DNA of 63,701 nucleotides, filler included, from Salisapilia sapeloensis CBS 127946 (lineage: Eukaryota > Protista > Oomycota), in the NCBI GenBank assembly GCA_023334545.1. It is 16 parts of 16 records of this genome, joined end to end, with 100 filler letters (N's around TTAATTAATTAA, not from the genome) between each part and the next. Parts side by side here need not be neighbours in the genome. Positions count along the whole stretch, not along the records: positions 57,381 to 63,701 come from JAADVB010000570.1; 15 more parts are not named here. One strand, written 5' to 3'. This document shows positions 60,361 through 63,701 of this stretch, piece by piece; positions within the stretch are counted from its first letter, which is position 1, and each line of letters begins with the position of its first letter. A program made the position numbers and the translations under genes. The notes under the pieces are model-generated. The model saw only the letters and a list, made by a program, of their open reading frames with translations, was not told the DNA's origin and did not search any database.

Positions 60361-63300
60361 CCATGGTGCGAAATGGACAGCACAAGAAGCAAGAATAAAC
60401 TGAAACATATATATCATTTCAACATCCATAGGTCTTGTTCAGAGTTTGGTAATATATCATTACGAAGGATACAGCTTTAAGACAAATATGCTAACTCTAG
60501 AGATCATGCAGAGGTTTGTGTCGAAAAGATCGGATATACTGGCCAAACGCTAAAGTATGGCTTCTATAGTGCAAATGTATAGCTTGCACATTACATCTGA
60601 TAGCGGATGTAGTCTTGTAAGTCATAGTAGCACGTGCGAACAATACCATTCGAAATTCTCATTGTGCTACAAACATCGTAAAGAGCAAGGAGACGATGAT
60701 TCTACGCGATCAGCATATTGTTTAGTCATCGGTTGTTTGCATTATTATTGCCGGTTTGGACTCGTTTTATCTTGACTTCTCTCGAATGGACAGTGTCAGT
60801 ACTAGACGAAAGTACAACATCATCCCTTCTATTCCTTTGGGCTATGTACTTTGTCATATTACGCATATGGTACCATCACATATTAATATCTATTTGTATT
60901 GTCTGGAAAGTAGAAAAGGTGACTCGGTTCAGACATCCTCACAAAAGTTCATGTACATTATTCAGAATGCTCGAAGAGCAGAGAAATAGTGTCTATGGTC
61001 GGTTGGAAATGCTTCCAGCGCATTGAATCGGAGCACGAGCATATTTATCGTAGCAGCGGCACTAGACGGTATCGAGAATCAGTGTTGATACGTGCTTCCC
61101 GGGAAGCTAGACTCCTCTTTGCATTCCTCGAAGAGCTACATGATTTATTGCGATGATGAAGAATACTTGGCGACTGGGCTGAGCACAGGGCTGAAAGTTC
61201 AGCGTGTTTGCTTATGCCCTATAAGAGCGCTGCCACTTGCTTATTCCAAGTAAGCGAATGGCTTGTGACGATGAATATGTTTATTATACAGGAGGCAGCC
61301 TACCCTCTCAGCTGTGGATGCTTGCAGGAAGCTGACACAACCATCACTTGAGCTTCTACTCTTTCTAATATATGCTACTTTCCATTCGTCTGCAGCAGGT
61401 CCTACTCTCTCCAAGTCACCTTCGAGCGGTATGAATGCACCATGTATTACATTCAGCGGATTTGAGATATATATGGTATTAAGAATCTTCTTCTGGTATC
61501 GCTCCTTGCCTCATTTTGGCACTAATGCTTTCGTCTCCTCCTTCACTCCTATTCGAATCCATTCTCTTGCTTCCCGTGTATGCCAGAGAAAAGCGATAAC
61601 TTTGCTTGAGGCGCAATAAAACGTCAACGAACTTGAAGCCACTTTTTGCAGCCTGTTGTGGAACGTCATGACGTCCGCAACGCTCTTGGTGCATAGCCAA
61701 CTCGACGATATGGGAGATAGAATACATTAAATTACATCATTCAAGCCAAAGCTCATTGCAAAGACTTATTTCACTTTCTCTTAGTAAGTAGAGGCATACA
61801 TAGGTGTAGAATGCAGCCTCTTGCAGAAGTCTTCGCTCGATCTGTGCAGAGTTTCAAGCCAGCATTTAGCATCTTCCATCGCTAGCATCGTACAGCCTCT
61901 CATGTATCTTCGTGTCCAGGATTTGCATTGTCACTCCAGACCTCGCTTCTTCTTCCGACGTACGAACTAATTCTGTCTTTAAATCCCGACATCTCATCGC
62001 TGCGATGTGGACAGCATAAGCAACCTACTCGTATATAGCGGTACCTACTATCAACCAGTTTAACTGCTTATATAGACTGTCACCGCAGACTCAGAATAAT
62101 GTCCAGAAGAGCAGACATGCTCGATCAGTTGAGCACACCTCTTTATGAGGTATCTTGACATCTGTCTATAGATCTTTTCCCAGAAGAGTACTGTATGGAA
62201 CGTATACTACCAACTCATAGGTCACCCTTCTATGTCGGATTCGAAGTCTAAATGGAAAGCAGGGCATAAAGACATGAACTCACCGCCTGTGCTTCTATAA
62301 CTCCAAATTTCGTAGGTCAGAACTGGAAATGACCGTTTCTATTGTGATTTGGTTGGAATATAAAGCGACTGAGCTTAGCGAGGTACAAGCACAGATGACT
62401 TGAGGTTCGATGCGCTTGAAGGTGCACTTGAGTACAATACAAAGGGATTGACTGGATTAGAGAGATCCGCCAAGCCCAATTATGCTAAGGCCGTGCTCGC
62501 GATAGATACCGATTCGGCAAAGCTGGGTCTTCGCATTTTGTATTTCTCTGCATGAAAATTGAGTTGGGTGATTCCGCATTCGCTGAGAACAGAAGCCGGA
62601 AAATGATGGTAATGTCAATGCTATTGTCATCGTCCAATGAAAATCAATACCATTAGCAAGCTTCTCTGGAGGCACGATGCCATATTGAGCGAGTAATTGC
62701 GAATACAATATGTGAACAGAGCGCTGCGGAAGTGCCGACTCTAGATGGAGATTTTGTGTCTAGGTTGTAAGAAAGATTGGCTACCACTCTAAGAGGCAGC
62801 AATTGTTACTGGCTCGATATGCAAGCGGACACCTACCATCTTTTAATGCTACGACTAATCAAGCTGTACACAGGAAGCGAGCGGAAGAAGTACAAGTCGA
62901 TACAAAAGATTATTGCTGCATATTATATTAACTTTAGCTCAGGGTGCTTTACATTCACGTGGAGTAATCATACAAATAAGGCAACATGTAGGAAATATGC
63001 ATGCTGTATAGTCAGAGTCGATACTACTCGAAACAAGAATAATAAGAGTGATTACTTGATCGCAGACTCCGAGCTCACATACCAACTCGAAGTACTTGAT
63101 TTTTACGATATATTGCAATTTTGGAATATGTATTGTTGGAAAGCGTCAGCTTGCCGTACTTGGTATCGTAGCTGTAGCTGAACAATGCAATAGCAAATGG
63201 TATTTTCCGACCCCTGCGGGAGAATAACCCACTTCGTTCTCCCACTTACCATTGGAAACCAAACGTGACACTACCATATAACTTTCCCCCACTATACCAA

Positions 63301-63416
63301 ATGGATAAAATAGTGTTTTGTGCTGGCAATGGAGATGCCGCTCTATATTATAAGTCTATCTCTGGCTTCGTCTTTGATGCAGTCAGACGGCACTAATCCT
63401 GGAGAAGACCTCAAGG

Positions 63417-63701
63417 CATGCCTGGTGCTCGAAGTGTGCAAATTTGAAAAAGCGCGCGAAACAGTCGCTCGACTTGGTGAGCTCTTCGATTTACTTGCGC
63501 TAGTGGGCTCTTCGCTTTTATTTCGGAACAGACGTAGTACAGTAGTGAACGGAATAACTGAAAGACATTTATGACTCGCACTGTACTCCGTCCCAGTAAA
63601 ACAGCGAAGAGCTCAATAGCGCAAGTAAATCGAATGACACTTCAACCTGAAGGGCTTTGAGGATACGCTCGACACGATTCCCGTCAAGACATGAAAGAGA
63701 A
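63417..63701 (+). repeat. Dispersed repeat copy 2 containing a 32-bp inverted repeat (63485-63516 / 63603-63634)
   Basis: Homologous to 7234-7510; arms pair at 30 of 32 positions with the same 86-nt spacing. Confidence 0.85.

Noticed and set aside
60500-63400. Short ORFs possibly from a degenerate gene or element
   Set aside because: Frequent stops in all frames and no diagnostic motif.
1-63701. tRNA, rRNA genes and CRISPR arrays
   Set aside because: None recognised by eye; a tRNAscan-SE or Infernal run would be needed to exclude small RNA genes.

Overview
Eukaryotic genomic DNA, most consistent with an oomycete (START-FYVE family, EPIC-like cystatin, PH-containing MAPK, PDR-type ABC transporter, INR-FPR promoter, short GT-AG introns). 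It is not one continuous molecule: 16 contigs are joined by 15 artificial 100-bp spacers (44 N + TTAATTAATTAA + 44 N), so adjacency across spacers is unproven. Genes: a JEN-family carboxylate transporter, a cystatin-like secreted protein, a (6-4) photolyase/cryptochrome, a Zn alcohol dehydrogenase (partial), a spliced PH-SnoaL-C2-MAPK, a cyclin T/K-like protein, a class I glutamine amidotransferase, a cytochrome P450, an ABCG/PDR fragment, an ankyrin/coiled-coil protein, four START-FYVE paralogs (one full, two truncated, one pseudogene) and an SDR pseudogene. Most notable observations: (1) a near full-length but decayed Fanzor (eukaryotic TnpB-like RNA-guided nuclease) at 27928-30185, split over many small ORFs but retaining the RuvC D-E-D triad; (2) four contigs whose two ends are perfect 141-bp inverted repeats, two of which are head-to-head duplicated gene pairs, one with a mosaic (gene-conversion-like) arm; (3) a dispersed repeat whose two copies both conserve a 32-bp stem around an 86-nt loop; (4) non-canonical catalytic or regulatory residues in the cryptochrome, MAPK and P450. 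All family calls come from manual translation and motif recognition, with no database search.
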